The notes: generated from the sequence alone by a model not told the origin. A stretch of 64,000 bases of DNA from Octopus vulgaris (GCA_951406725.2 OX597817.1:155620001-155684000), one strand, 5' to 3'. Positions 1 to 12,789 are shown, counted from the stretch's first letter. Numbers and translations: made by a program.

Positions 1-173
1 ATCAGATCTCTCACACCTGCCCTATAATGTCGTTCTAAAAATAAACAAGCACATCATCAAAATCTCAAAGCTATGAGATAATGCAATGCGTGATTAATTA
101 ATTAATTGATTCAAAGCAATGTGAATAAATAAGCATTACATTTGACAGAGCTGTTGTCATGCTAAAGGATTAA
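1..173. mobile_element. End of piggyBac-like MITE (truncated by window edge)
   Basis: Ends ATGCTAAAGGATTAA, resembling an ...AAAGGG-TTAA piggyBac terminus; other end not in window. Confidence 0.4.
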
Positions 174-488
174 GGCATGACAATTAAACTTGCTTCATTA
201 TATTTTAAATATTTTGATTATGTCTTCTGTTTCCTTCCATAATTAAGACAGCTGAATGTGTAACACTTGAACACATTGGGACAAGCGGGGAAAATATTAC
301 AGATAATATTAGTCATTAGCTAATATTGTTTTTACCTCACTGCATAATTATTTCTACTTAGCTTTTTGCGGGCCATTGCTTTTAATATGTTATTAACTTA
401 GCAATTGATTTTTCATACAAATGGTGCCACTGAGTAATATCCTTCATTAATTTGTAACATGTTTATATGACAGTCAGTATCCAGAATG

Positions 489-634
<146 letters not shown>

Positions 635-788
635 CTGATGGTGTAAATTTGATAATTAGTATTTGAATGAAACACACCAGAGAATATAATTTGAATGAAA
701 TCCATTTAATTGTATATAACTCTAAATTGTTTTAGAGAGAGGCTAGAAATATATTCCTGTCTGTGTTTGTTTTTATTTACTTGTCTAG

Positions 789-900
789 TAATGAAATTTT
801 ACAGGAAGGTATTCATTCAAGAAATGTGTTGTCCTTCACTACTAGATATCTTGTTCAACTGCATAACGAAGCTCCTTCATTGAACTGGGAGCCATTATAA
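789..900 (+). CDS. Candidate terminal coding exon (xNEILQEGIHSRNVLSFTTRYLVQLHNEAPSLNWEPL*), product unknown
   Basis: Pyrimidine tract plus AG at 787-788, 36 open codons ending TAA at 898-900, followed by non-repetitive UTR-like sequence; no family recognised. Confidence 0.35.
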
Positions 901-1087
901 ATAGTTCTGAACACGTGACCATTGGGCTGAGTCACATAACACAGCAAATGTGTAAAATACGCAAGCTATAACAACTCAACTGTCATAGCTCACTTCTTTT
1001 CACATTGCATTTAACTGCTGGTATATCATATTTTTAAACACTTGCTGCTTGGGCATGGACTATTTTTTAAACACACCTAGAGATGTG

Positions 1088-1270
1088 GAAGCCAGCTGCA
1101 CTTGTTTCAGAAGCCAGCTGCACTTGTAGAATCTAGCTCCACTTGCTGTAGAATACAGCTTCACTTGTAGAAGCCAATTACAATTGTAGAAACCAGTTGC
1201 ACTTGATGTAGAAGCTAGATGCACCTGTAGAAGTCAGCTGCTCTTGTAGAAACCAGTTACTCTTGTTGTA
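1088..1270. repeat. Minisatellite of 19/22-bp units (GAAGCCAGCTGCACTTGTA)
   Basis: Nine units of lengths 22,19,22,19,19,22,19,19,22. Confidence 0.85.
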
Positions 1271-1419
1271 TCTCATGATAATAGCATCTAGCTTCTCCGT
1301 ACTCCATTGCTCCAAAAGCCACTGAAATATCACAAAAAGAATGATGACTTCGTTTCCTCACAGAATGATGTCACTAAATGATTGATTTTTTTCCAAATTT
1401 CTGCATATAAGAATTTACT

Positions 1420-1733
1420 GGAGGTGCAATGGCCCAGTAGTTAGGGCAGCGAACTCATGGTCAGAGGATCGTGGTTTCAATTCCCAGACTGGGTGTTGTG
1501 TGTGTTTTTTGAGCGAAAACACCTAAAGCTCCATGAGGCTCCGGCAGGGGGTGGTGGCGACCCCTGTTGTACTCTTTTGCCCCAACTTTCTCTCACTCTC
1601 TCTTCCTGTTTCTTGAGTAATGCTGCGATGGACTGGCGTCTCGTCCAGCTGGGGTGGGGAACTCATACGCCACAGAAACCGGGAAACCGGGCCCATGAGC
1701 CTGGCTAGGCTTGAAAAGGGCGAACAAAAAAAA
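1420..1733 (+). mobile_element. tRNA-derived SINE, head A + tail 2 (OR2-like)
   Basis: Box A TGGCCCAGTAG and box B GGTTTCAATTCC, A-tail, TSD AAGAATTTACT (1409-1419/1734-1744). Confidence 0.85.
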
Positions 1734-2077
1734 AAGAATTTACTAAGAGAAATAATTCTAAGCACAGACATGGCTGTGTGGTCAAGCAGTTTATTTCCAA
1801 ACCCTGCAGCTTGATTTCAGTCCCATTGTATGACAGCTTAGGCATGTGTCTTCTACTATAGCCCTGAGCTAATTGAACCCATGTAAATGGATTTCTTTTG
1901 GCTTTTATTTTTGTGGGATTCAGCCAGTATACAGAACAAGCACACTGATTGTGTGGAAGTTTTTTTTGTGTGTTCTTTCATTGATATGTCTGTATGCATA
2001 TGTGTATGCATATATGTATGTAAGAGTGTGTGTGGATGCATACATATATGCATGTGTGTCTGTAAGAATGCATGTGC

Positions 2078-2312
2078 GGGGAGCGAGCTGGCAGAAATGT
2101 TATCACACCGGGTGAAATGCTTCCCAATATTTTGTCTGCCACTACTTTCTGAGTTCAAATTCTGCTGAGGTTGAATTAGCCTTTCATCCTTTCAGGGTTG
2201 ATTAAATAAGTACCAGTTATGCACTGGGGTCGATGTAATTGACTTAATCCCTTTGCCTGTCCTTGTTTGTCCCCTCTATGTTTAGCCCCTTGTGGGCAAT
2301 AAAGAAATAAGA
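2078..2312 (+). mobile_element. tRNA-derived SINE family F
   Basis: GAGCTGGCAGAA...GAGTTCAAATTC...GCCTTTCATCCTTTC; further copies at about 10472-10650(-), 22335-22753(- x2), 27622-28050(- x2), 48402-48870(+ x2), 60361-60585(+). Confidence 0.8.
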
Positions 2313-2361
2313 ATGCATGTGTGGGTGTTTAAGAGTAAATTATTGTGTGTGTGTGTAGTAA

Positions 2362-2682
2362 AGGTGCGTGGCTTAGTGGTTAGGGTATTTGGCTCGCAAT
2401 TGTAAGGTCATGAGTTTGATTCCCTAGAGCACATTGTGTCCTTGAGCAAAAAACTCTATTTCATGTTGCTCCAGTCCACTCAGCTGGTGAAAATGAGTAG
2501 TACCTGTATTTCAAAGGGCCAGCCTTGTCACACTTTGTGTCATGCTCAATATCCCTGAGAACTACATTAAGGGTACATGTATCTGCAGAGTGCTCAGTCA
2601 CTTACACATTAATTTCCATGGGCAGATTGTTCCACTGATTGGATTAACTGGAACCCTCATCATCGTAACCGGTGGAGTGCCA
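2362..2682 (+). mobile_element. tRNA-derived SINE, head C + tail 1
   Basis: TGGCTTAGTGG head, CCAGTCCACTCAGCTGG core, tail shared with 3375-3758; copies at 6462-6765(+) and 23326-23648(-). Confidence 0.8.
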
Positions 2683-2740
2683 GTTTGTGAGTGTGTGTGA
2701 TCAAAGGCATAACCAAGTATATGATTAAGAAGTTTGTTCC

Positions 2741-3022
2741 TGTGGGATGACGTCAGCAGCTGGGGAGCTGACTGGAACTTGGAGCTGACCAGAAGAGGAA
2801 GGTTGTAGGGGTGACACGTGCACAGGCAGGGGAGTATTGGGCCTTTTTGATCAGGGTAGCCGACAGGGCTGGACGTGTGAGCACTTCGACAAGGTAAGGG
2901 AAAAGCAGCTGGTATTTTTAGCGTTCAAGTCAGGCAGTGGAAAGGTGTGTTACCGCCAGAGAGGTCTGCATCGATGAAGAGAAGGTAGGTGTCTTTACTT
3001 CAAATCTCCCACATACACCACA
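2741..3022. mobile_element. Solo LTR
   Basis: TGTGG...CCACA termini, 5-bp TSD GTTCC (2736-2740/3023-3027), inserted in a decayed SINE-B head. Confidence 0.75.
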
Positions 3023-3374
3023 GTTCCATAACCATAAAGTCTCAAGTTTGATTCTAAAGCATGCCATTATGGGCAAGTGTCCTTTACCATAACCACTTCC
3101 TCACCTCCTGCCGTCACTCCAAGCCTTGAGCAGGTAACTAAGTCAATGGAAACTTTATGTAAACTAATCAGATGAACTGTGCCATTAATTCATTGAACAG
3201 CCTCATCACACCCCTTATGACTTTGTCCGAGGATTATGTTGACATTATACATGTCTGTGGAATACTCAACCATTTAAATACAAATACAGTAAGTAGATCA
3301 TTTAGTTGATCAAAATTCTGTAATAGACACCAACAAAACTGATTGAGGTCTGTTTAACTTATATATGTCTTTGA

Positions 3375-3758
3375 GTGGAGGCGCAATGGCGCAGTGGTTA
3401 GGGCAGCGGACTCGCGGTCATAGGATCGTGGTTTCGATTCCCAGACCGGGCGTTGTGAGTGTTTATTGAGCGAAAACACCTAAAGCTCCACGAGGCTCCG
3501 GCAGGGGATGGTGGTGATCCCTGCTGTACTCTTTCACCACAACTTTCTCTCACTCTTACTTCCTGTTTCTGTTGTACCTGTATTTCAAAGGGCCGGCCTT
3601 GTCACTCTCTGTGTCACGCTGAATATCCCCGAGAACTACGTTAAGAGTACACGTGTCTGTGGAGTGCTCGGCCACTTACACGTTAATTTCACGAGCAGGC
3701 TGTTCCGTTGATTCGGATCAACCGGAACCCTCGTCGTCGTAACCGACGGAGTGCTTCC
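3375..3758 (+). mobile_element. tRNA-derived SINE, head A + tail 1 (OR1-like)
   Basis: tRNA-like head, TSD ATATGTCTTTGA; near-identical to 41208-41585 and 53833-54218. Confidence 0.9.
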
Positions 3759-3759
3759 A

Positions 3760-4355
3760 TATGTCTTTGAAAAAATGCATGTGTAAGTGTGTCATTAAAA
3801 GTATATGTGTGTTTATAAGAGTTCTCCTATATATGTGTAAGAATAAATGTGTATATGTACCTGTGTGTGTATATGTGTTAATGTGTATACAAGCATGTAT
3901 CAGTTTATTAGTGCCAGAATATGTGTGTAGGCATGTGTATATGTATATGTAAGTATATGTAAGTGTGTAAGAGTACAGGTATGTAGGTATGTTTGCTAGA
4001 GAATTTGTATGTGGGATTATGTGTGTGTGTGTGTGTATTTATATGTATCTGTTTATGTGTGTTTCTGAGTACGTGTAATAGTATTTGTACAAATGCATAT
4101 GTGATGGTATGCCAGAATGTGTATCTATTAGTGTGTGTGTGTATAAGTGTGAATGCGTGTCTGAATATGTGTAAGAATGTATCTCTTGTGTATGTATAAG
4201 AGTGTGTGTGTATGCTTGGGAGTATGTCTCACTCTCTATGTGTGTGTTTGTGTGTGTATGAACAAGTAAGTGTGTCTAGGGCTGTTTATAAATGTGACTG
4301 CCTATATGTATACGTGTGTTTCTAAATATGTGTGTGCGTGAGTCTGTATGTGTTT

Positions 4356-4398
<43 letters not shown>

Positions 4399-4780
4399 TG
4401 TGTGTATGAACAAGTAAATGTGTCTAGGGCTGTTTATAAATGTGACTACCTATATGTATACGTGTGTTTCTAAATATGTGTGTGCGTGAGTGTGTATGTA
4501 TTTGTGTGTAAGTGTGTGTGTGCGTGTGTTTGTGTGTGTGTGTATGCACATTATAGGTATATTTGTGTATGTGTATATATGATGGAGTGCTTGAAAAATG
4601 TACATTTAAATATGTATGTGTGTATGTGTGTATGTGTGTGCATGCACATAGAAGCATGTCTCTGTCTATGAATGGTATCTGTATGTGGGCAGGAAAGTGT
4701 GTAGGTGCTTCTGTGCATACATGTGATACTTGTATTGTATGTGTGAATGTGGTCAGGTATGTGTGTCTGTGTAAACTGTG
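3760..4780. repeat. Degenerate (TG/TA)-rich low-complexity tract with internal ~148-bp tandem duplication
   Basis: Block AACAAGTAA..CTAGGGCTGTTTATAAATGTGAC begins at both 4261 and 4409. Confidence 0.85.
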
Positions 4781-5367
4781 TTAAGTACAGACAGAAGATG
4801 AGGTGAAACAGGTCTGTATATAACAATCTAGGAGACTCTAGTCACTTTAAATTAGTCACTCATAATTAGTAGAATCTATTTTAAAATTGTTTTGTCTGTT
4901 TGCTTCTGTCCCTCTTTCAATTTGTCTTTGTTTCTTTTTTTTTTGTTGTTGTTGTTGCTGCATATAGTCACAACATTTTATGCAATATGGAGGATGGTAG
5001 CAGTGATTAGAGGTGGGTGGGAATACACTTCCTTCTTTTATCATCAATGACACTCACCACCATTACCAGCAAAACCAACATACCGCACCACCGGTAACAA
5101 CAACAAAAAAGTAAGTCAAAGTGTAGCACCTCTAAGTGGTCATCCAACCTGCAAGAAATAGTAGTGCAATTTCCCTCAAATCTCTACCCACTGTTTTAAG
5201 CAAAGAAGGACACATTGGACAATGTTGTTGTAGTTATACTATGACTGAAAATAAGAGGGGATTCTTATATATATATATATATATATATATGTGTACATAT
5301 ATAGGTATGTATATATATATGTATATATATATATTTGTATTTATATGTATATATATATACATATATA

Positions 5368-5402
<35 letters not shown>

Positions 5403-5435
5403 TAATCAAAATAAAAACATGATGCCAAGGATTCA

Positions 5436-5513
5436 GTGGTACATATGTTTCAGGCCTTTATTAGACGGATTTATAACAATGCATAATGTGTGTCTATGGC
5501 CTTCTTCAGCCGC
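5436..5513 (-). ncRNA. Minimal type-I hammerhead ribozyme
   Basis: gcgg-CUGAAGA-aggcc...ggccu-GAAAC-auau-GUA-ccac. Confidence 0.75.
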
Positions 5514-5677
5514 ACACAATTACTACTTCAAGGACATGTATTCTACATCGAGTGAGAGACGAGATGGACGCTTCGCTTTTGTGCTGGTGCCCCACCCTGT
5601 CGTACGCGACTGTGAAGATTTGCATCCCCAACGTAAAACTTATAATATAATACATGTCCTTGAAGTAGTAATTGTGC

Positions 5678-5755
5678 GCAGCTGAAGAAGGCCATAGACA
5701 CACATTATGCATTGTTATAAATCCGCCTAATAAAGGCCCGAAACATATGTACCGC
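5678..5755 (+). ncRNA. Minimal type-I hammerhead ribozyme
   Basis: gcag-CUGAAGA-aggcc...ggccc-GAAAC-auau-GUA-ccgc; consensus of the two arms gives a perfect stem I gcgg/ccgc. Confidence 0.75.
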
Positions 5756-5898
5756 TGAATCCTTGGCATCATATTTTTATGATGCCACTAAATGGTATAT
5801 ACCACTAAATGGTATATACAGGTGCTTACAATTATCAAGTATTCACCCTGAATTTTTGTATATATATATATATATATGTATGTATATATTTATTGTGT

Positions 5899-5990
<92 letters not shown>

Positions 5991-6037
5991 AATAAATAAA
6001 TAAATGGAGTTAAACATGTGTTATTCAAATTCTTTTA

Positions 6038-6123
6038 CTTCCGACATTTGTTTCAAAGACAACATTGATATTATTCCAAAGGAATAAAATGGTGTAAAAC
6101 AATGTAATCTTCTCATCAGGCAA
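6038..6123 (-). ncRNA. Degenerate type-I hammerhead (PLE-like fragment)
   Basis: CUGAUGA-gaaga...ucuuu-GAAAC-aaau-GUC-ggaa; homologous to 51609-51691. Confidence 0.6.
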
Positions 6124-6275
6124 AGAAAGAAAAAAAAAACCCAACATATCAAATTTGACCGCAATCGGATGGAGGATGCCCGAGATCCTAGAAGCCACAC
6201 ACATACACAGACAGAACAGATTTTATATAAGGGATATGTATATACATACATATATACATATACATATATACATGC

Positions 6276-6356
<81 letters not shown>

Positions 6357-6810
6357 TACATATATATATACATATATATGTATATATGTATATATATATG
6401 TATATATATAAGTATATATGTATATGTATGTATGTATATATAGAAAGAAATGTATGTATCTATGGCTCAGTGGTTATGGCATTTGGTTCACGATTGTAAG
6501 GTCGTGAGTTCAATTCCCGGCGATGCGTTGTGTCCTTGAGCAAGACACTTTATTTCATGTTGCTCCAATCCACTCAGCTGGCAAAAATGAGTTGTACCTG
6601 TATTTCAAGGGCCAGCCTTGTCACACTTTGTCTTACGCTGAATCTCCCTAATATTAGGGTTACACATGTCTGTGGATTATTCAGTCACTTGCACGTTAAT
6701 TTCACGAGCAAGCTGTTCTGTTGATTGTATTAGCCGGGACCCTCATCGTCATAACCAGCGGAGTTTTCCTACACATATACATATAGATATACATATATAT
6801 ATATGCATAG

Positions 6811-6889
<79 letters not shown>

Positions 6890-6894
6890 AATAC

Positions 6895-6933
<39 letters not shown>

Positions 6934-6979
6934 CACATATACATATATATACACAAATATATATATATACATATGTATA

Positions 6980-8694
6980 TTCAACACTTTGTATCATATT
7001 GAAGTCATTTTGACATTTGCTACTTTGAGAAAAGTAAAAAGTTAAGTCCTTTAAAAAGCACTCGAGATACGAAGGTAACACCTTCACTGCTTAACTTGAA
7101 CAAAGTGCAAACGAAAGGCAAACATAGCCTATTTTAAATAGTCAGAATATGATTTCTCAATAACTTTTGAAACCCGCTCTTGTTACCCATCGTTGTTGAG
7201 CAATTATCGCTGGCAAATCCAAGTATGTTGTTCATAGATACATCTTCTTTTGTAAGCGTAGATTTGACAGCATCATACAAACCCTGAGATGAACCATTTT
7301 CAACTACAATTGCATCCAGAAGAGCATCCTTGACATTAAGCGATTGTTCATCAAAAAAATGAATAATTATTACTAAGAATTGTGTCACTGAGATGTCCAT
7401 ATTCTCATTTATCAATAATGAAAACTTTTGTTTCTTGAGAATTCTCTCTTGCATATTGTACGTTAATTTAAAATTTTTACATTTGTAAATTTTTAGATAT
7501 CTCACTATTGGCAAAGGCCTTTTTACAAATTTCAGCTAAGTGATTTATATGGACGAAAGGTATGTGATTTTCAGCAACATAACCTGTTAGTAACAAGTCT
7601 GCCTTAGCTACTTTTTCATTTAATGTATCATCTGTTTTTTTTTAACAAGAAATGAATCTAATTTAATAGCAGATTTCACACAATCAAAAGCTTTCTTATT
7701 TTTGGCAGTGTTTTTATGAGCTAACAGCATTGATTTATTAGCATTTTTCAACACAACGTTGCTATAAACTCAGTAGCAGGTGTCAGGATTTTTATCATCT
7801 TGACGTAACCAATGTGTATGTTCAGCATCCCCTAACCACGATTTCTTGAAATTTTTGGTGTACTACTTCCTCTCTTTGGACACACTAATATCTGCCGTTA
7901 CTTCGCAAAGGGTTACAAAACAAAAACACACACTCAAAATGTTGTTAAACAAATTTTAAGTCGCAAGTAACAATCGAAGTGTACACCATCAACACAGCCA
8001 AGTTGTCAACTGGTGGTGTCAGAGTTTCAGACAAGTGTCCAAGCAGCCACCAATGTGGTGTAACTTGTTGTTGCCTGGTATGATGCAAGTATAAACAAAT
8101 AATGAATGCATACATTTGGTAATTACGTCACATACAATATTTGTATTGATAAATTCATTAGTGAGATCATCATCATCATCATCATCATCATCGTTTAGCA
8201 TCCGTTTTCCATGCTAACATGGGTTGGACGGTTCAACTAGAGTCTGTGAAGCCGGAAGGCTGCATCAGGCCCAGTCAGATCTGGCAGTGTTTCTACGGCT
8301 GGATGCCCTTCCTAACGCCTACCACTCCGTGAGTGTAGTGGGTACTTTTTACGTGCCACCTGCACAGGTGCCAGACGGGGCTGGCAAACGGCCACGAACG
8401 GATGGTGCTTTTACGTGCCACCGGCACGGGGGCCAGGCGAGGCTGGCAAGAGATGATTATGGATAATAGAAAGAGATGATTATGGATAATAGAAAGAAAG
8501 TTTACAAAGTATTAGAAGAGGTGAAACTTTGGTACATATTGCATACAAAGAGTATGACACCGAATTCTCTTTAAAAGATAAGTTTGCAGCTAAAACTAAC
8601 TTAAAAACCCAGGTTTAATATAAATTTGGAAATTAAAACCCATAAACCCATCATTTCTCCAATTGGGTGGAAAAACCAATCAGTGGCATCCCTG
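6980..8694 (-). mobile_element. Decayed hAT transposon with transposase remnant (ZNF862/KIAA1586-like)
   Basis: CAGGGATGCCA terminus at 8694; N-terminal zinc-finger remnant (FKKSWL..WL); FSLLINENMDISV, GFASDNCSTTMG and VCHSFAL motifs; stops and frameshifts. Confidence 0.8.
8168..8448 (-). mobile_element. RTE LINE 3' end (family D)
   Basis: (GAT)n tail and GTTAGGAAGGGCATCCAGC motif; other copies 16790-17046(+), 17416-17725(-), 18949-19540(-), 23010-23255(-), 28558-28763(+), 36917-37430(-), 43080-43447(-), 45716-45981(+), 46320-46625(-), 58075-58320(-). Confidence 0.8.
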
Positions 8695-9014
8695 TTCATA
8701 GTATATATAAATTAGTAAAATGTAAAATATGTATTTATACATAAAAATAGGGGTGGGGGTACTGAGGGTATTACTTGCCATGAGGTGGGGCAGTGGCTCA
8801 AAAAGTTTGAGAACCTCTGATCTATGATCATCCCAACATGCAGATCAATGAATAAAATAAATACATTTTAAAAAACTTGAGGAAGCCCATTAGAACCATT
8901 ACTACCAAGAAATAGAATTAATGTTCGTAGAACTCAACTATACCTGAATTGCTCTTATTGGATACTACACTACATAGTCATCAAAATAATTAAGAAATTA
9001 AACAAAGAAATAAC

Positions 9015-9400
9015 AGGCATAGCTGTGTGGTAAAGAAGCCGGCTTTGCAACCATGTGGTTTCAGGTTCAGTCCTACTTTGTGGAACCTTGGGCAAGTGCT
9101 TTCTACTGTAGCCATGTGTTGACCAATGACTTGTGAGTGAGTTTGGCTGATGGTAACTGTGTGGAATCCCATTGTATATGTATGTATGTATGTATGTGTG
9201 TATGTCTTTATGTTTGTCTTCTCCACTGCTTGACAACTAGTGTTGGTTTGTTTATATCCCCATGACTTAGTAGTTCAACAAACGAGAACAAATGATAAAG
9301 TACCAGACTTAAAAATAAGTGCTGGAGTTGATTTGTTTGACTAACACTTCAAGGCAGTGCTCCAGCATGGCAGCAGTCCAATAACTGAAACAAGTAAAAG
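9015..9400 (+). mobile_element. SINE family B (OK-like), diverged copy
   Basis: GCTGTGTGGTAA head, internal microsatellite, CCAGCATGGC..ACTGAAACAAG tail; other diverged or partial copies near 1767, 11215, 18020, 26125, 26768, 28765, 36600, 43500, 52875, 57150. Confidence 0.8.
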
Positions 9401-9853
9401 AAACATAGAAAAAAAAGAGAACATAGAAAAACAAGCAGTAAAATGGCAAACATTTGAACAGTTGTATTCAAAGGAATAATTATAATACTATAAAAAGTCA
9501 TTAGCATCATGAATAACTCTAAAACTGGCCACATAACATGTCCCAATAGCAATCTCTAGTAACATACTTACACTTTAATAGGAAGCAACTGTGTTTTCAA
9601 AAGCTGGAAACTGAGAAAATTGTTCAAAGTTATTAAAAAAAAAAAAAAATCCAGGAAAAACCCAAGAGAGATAGCATTACACAAACTCATCAGCCACTTG
9701 CATAACACTCTCAAAGATTTTGTAAAGACCTGGCTTCATATCACTAAATCACACTTTCCTCTCTCTCTCCGAATAACAACACAGAATCACACACCTATGC
9801 TCAACTGCACTACTCACAAACTTTTTACACACATGCATGCACGCACACACACA

Positions 9854-9884
<31 letters not shown>

Positions 9885-9953
9885 GCACAACTTCAATAAC
9901 AACTACAAAGGCAACACACATTCTATGAACCTTTTTTTCTCTTTTATCTACTA

Positions 9954-10469
9954 CTAGCAGCATAGCCCGGCATTGCCCGGGTATGTAAGAGCCCCTGGAG
10001 CAGACATGATGCTCGCTGTGAATTTAAAAAAAATTCCTGCTAATTTGTGAAAGATATTGTCGAAAATATGTCATCTTGAATTTGAACACGATTTCCCAAA
10101 ATGGCATGATTTTATCGATTTTTTTCTGATGGTAAGGTATTGCATGGAAAACTAACGTCAGAATTAAGTTTCTTAGGGTAACATTAAGCTTCACCATGAG
10201 TTTGGTGAAAATCGATTGCAAGTTGCTAAAACTATAACAGAAAATGTGTTGCAAATAAAAAGCTTAGATTCTCGACCCCATGTAGAATTTATCGATTTTT
10301 GTCAGAACTGGGGGAACTTTTCAAAATTTTCGCTGCGTTAGTTTTGAATTATGACATTGGGCTATGTGTGTGTCAAGTTTCATCAGAATCGGTTGAAAGC
10401 CGTGGTCAGGGTCAGGGTACAACCTGACAGACACACAGACAGACAAACTTCCGTTTATATACAGAGAGA
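9954..10469 (-). mobile_element. Non-autonomous Helitron
   Basis: A|TC 5' end, subterminal CCCGGGCAATGCCGGG hairpin, CTAG|T 3' end; 5' part homologous to 58538-58905. Confidence 0.8.
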
Positions 10470-10797
10470 TAAGCACAAGGTCTGAAATTTGGGGGAGAGC
10501 ACCAGTCAATTACATTGACTTCAGTGCTCAGCTGGTGTTTGCTTTATCAACCCTGAAAGGATGAAAAGCAAAATTGACCTCAGCAGAATTTGAACTTAGA
10601 ATGTAAAACCAGAAGAAATGCCATTAAACATTTTGTCCAACAGTTCTAGCAGTTCACCACTTTCACCTCTCTAGGTACCACTGACATCAACATAGCTTTG
10701 ACTTCATCCTCCATTACCCACATGGACATAAAATCCTTAACAGCCAAGATAATATGATAGCTAGCAAAGTGCCTCATGCTGAGGAACTTATATAGTA

Positions 10798-11172
10798 CTG
10801 GCACTATAACCTGGCAATGCCGGGTCATAGTGCTAGTGCATGCATATACAGCTGCGTGCATGCACACATACACGCGAGTACTGTCCAAATCTCCGACCAA
10901 TCACATACAGCTAACTGGCATTCAATTGGCGTATCAAGTTTTGGACATTTTGATTGGGTTTTGGATAGAAAATTCACAAAAAGTCACTTCTATTGATTTT
11001 TTAATGGCTTTGCGGGGTGACTGGGGAAATGTAAAGATGTGTACGACCACCCTTGGACGGTTTTGAATGACCATAGAAAGTGCGAGCCCTCTAACTGAAA
11101 AACTGTGGATTTGTATAAAGGATACATACACACACACACATAGACATTTTGCCGTTTATATATATATAGAGA
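10798..11172 (-). mobile_element. Non-autonomous Helitron with extended 3' hairpin
   Basis: A|TCTCTATATATATATAAACGGC 5' end; 3' hairpin with 19-bp arms at 10797-10837. Confidence 0.7.
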
Positions 11173-11677
11173 TTATAGAACAATAAAATGTCTAGAATCT
11201 GTGACTTCTCAAATCCATTATCATGGTTTCAGATTCAGTCCCACTGAGAGGCATCTTAGGCAAACATTTTCTTTTATAGCTCCAGGCTAACCAATGATTT
11301 GTAAATAAATTTGGTAGATAAAAACTGCATAGAAGCCTGTTTTATATGATTCTGTGTGTGTGTGTGTGTGTGTGTATACATGCACGTGTGCATGTTTGCA
11401 ATTGTCTCTCATCACTCGACAATCAGTGTTGATTTGTCTGTGTCCCCTGTTGCTTAGTAGTTCAGCAACAAAGAGCCTGATAGAATAACTACCAGACTTA
11501 AAACGTACTGCAAATGAGTCAATTGACTTAACCCTTCAAGGCAGTGTCCCAACATGACTGCAGTCCAATGACTAAAACAAGTAAAAGGGTTGAAAGACTA
11601 AAAGAAAACACTTAACTCCATTACAGTTGCTCTACACTTTACTGAATTACACACCTTTAATTTACACTGCACTAAAC

Positions 11678-12098
11678 GGATCTTTTCGGTTTGAACAGCA
11701 GTTTTTTCTAGCGGTGTCATATGAAATTGTCACCCATAATTATGACCCTAGTATCGATCTATTGCATTTCAATCTGTTTTAGGGTTAGGGTTAGGGGTGG
11801 GGTGAAGGGTATATTTTTTTTCTTCAGAAATGTAAATAAACCCAATCTGTTTCTTAAATGAGGGACATATTAATACGGCACAATGTTTTTTTTTACCTCA
11901 ACAGACGTCAGTGATTGGTTGAAATTGCAGAAATTGAAGAAAAAAAAACCAACAAATATCTTACAGACTATAGAATTTTCTTAATAAAGCCAAGAGAAAA
12001 AGATATTTTATAAACACAGTCTACCAGTATACGAAGTTTAAAATTTTTTAGTTACCTAGAAATTATGTTAAAAACTGCCGTTCAAACCGAAAAGATCC
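11678..12098. mobile_element. MITE with ~29-bp TIRs and 8-bp TSD (Merlin-like)
   Basis: GGATCTTTTCGGTTTGAAC TIRs, exact TSD CACTAAAC, internal (TTAGGG)3. Confidence 0.85.
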
Positions 12099-12789
12099 CA
12101 CTAAACTATACTACTTCATACAACATAACATTTCACTATATCAAACTACCCTGCAGTACTATATTACACTACAGTATGCTAGCCTACACTGCTCTACAAT
12201 ATACAACAGTCTAGCCACTACACTGTATTTCAGTACAATAAGCAATACTACTTTCATTAAGTTATACTGATTTACAATACATTGCATTACACTCTATACA
12301 TATAATTCCTTCTGGTCACTAACAGCACAGCCTGCTTACTGTTCCTTTTTAATAACACACATTCCAAAGCAGATGATACTATGCTTCACTGATTAACAAT
12401 CCTCACATAGGTATCATCCACACACAACCTAAACTCTTAATAACATCAGATATACACACGGCTCCCATGAACAAGGCAATGAGAACATTTGTTAATGAAG
12501 ATGTGGCTACATATTCTCTTTCAGTGACACAAAAATACAATCACTCTACATATCAAGTAAAGTTACTTGTATTTCAATCTTCCTAGTTATGAGCAAATGC
12601 ACAAATAAAATCTTCAAGGTCTGAATCAGGCAAGAAAATAGTTCAGGCCTGATCAGCTGTAAAGCTGACCTGATATAAATCCGGTGAGATCCACATTTAA
12701 GTACTGCTTACATCTACAACAGAGTGCTTCTGCTATATATGCAAACATTGTGAACTTCATCTAAATATTGTAAAACACATCCAATGAAC

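Larger units (their letters stand above)
5411..5780. mobile_element. Penelope-like inverted pLTR pair (132-bp arms, 106-bp spacer)
   Basis: Arms 5411-5542 and 5649-5780, each with a hammerhead motif; flanked by (TA)n. Confidence 0.7.

Noticed and set aside
3375-3450. tRNA genes (A/B boxes)
   Set aside because: They are SINE heads with tails and TSDs; no complete cloverleaf
7134-7514. Functional domesticated hAT gene
   Set aside because: Catalytic DE motif degraded (NENMD), and there are stops and frameshifts on both sides
9572-9610. 39-nt minus-strand micro-exon (ttttctcag/gtaagt)
   Set aside because: Expected by chance in AT-rich DNA, and it lies downstream of the proposed stop exon
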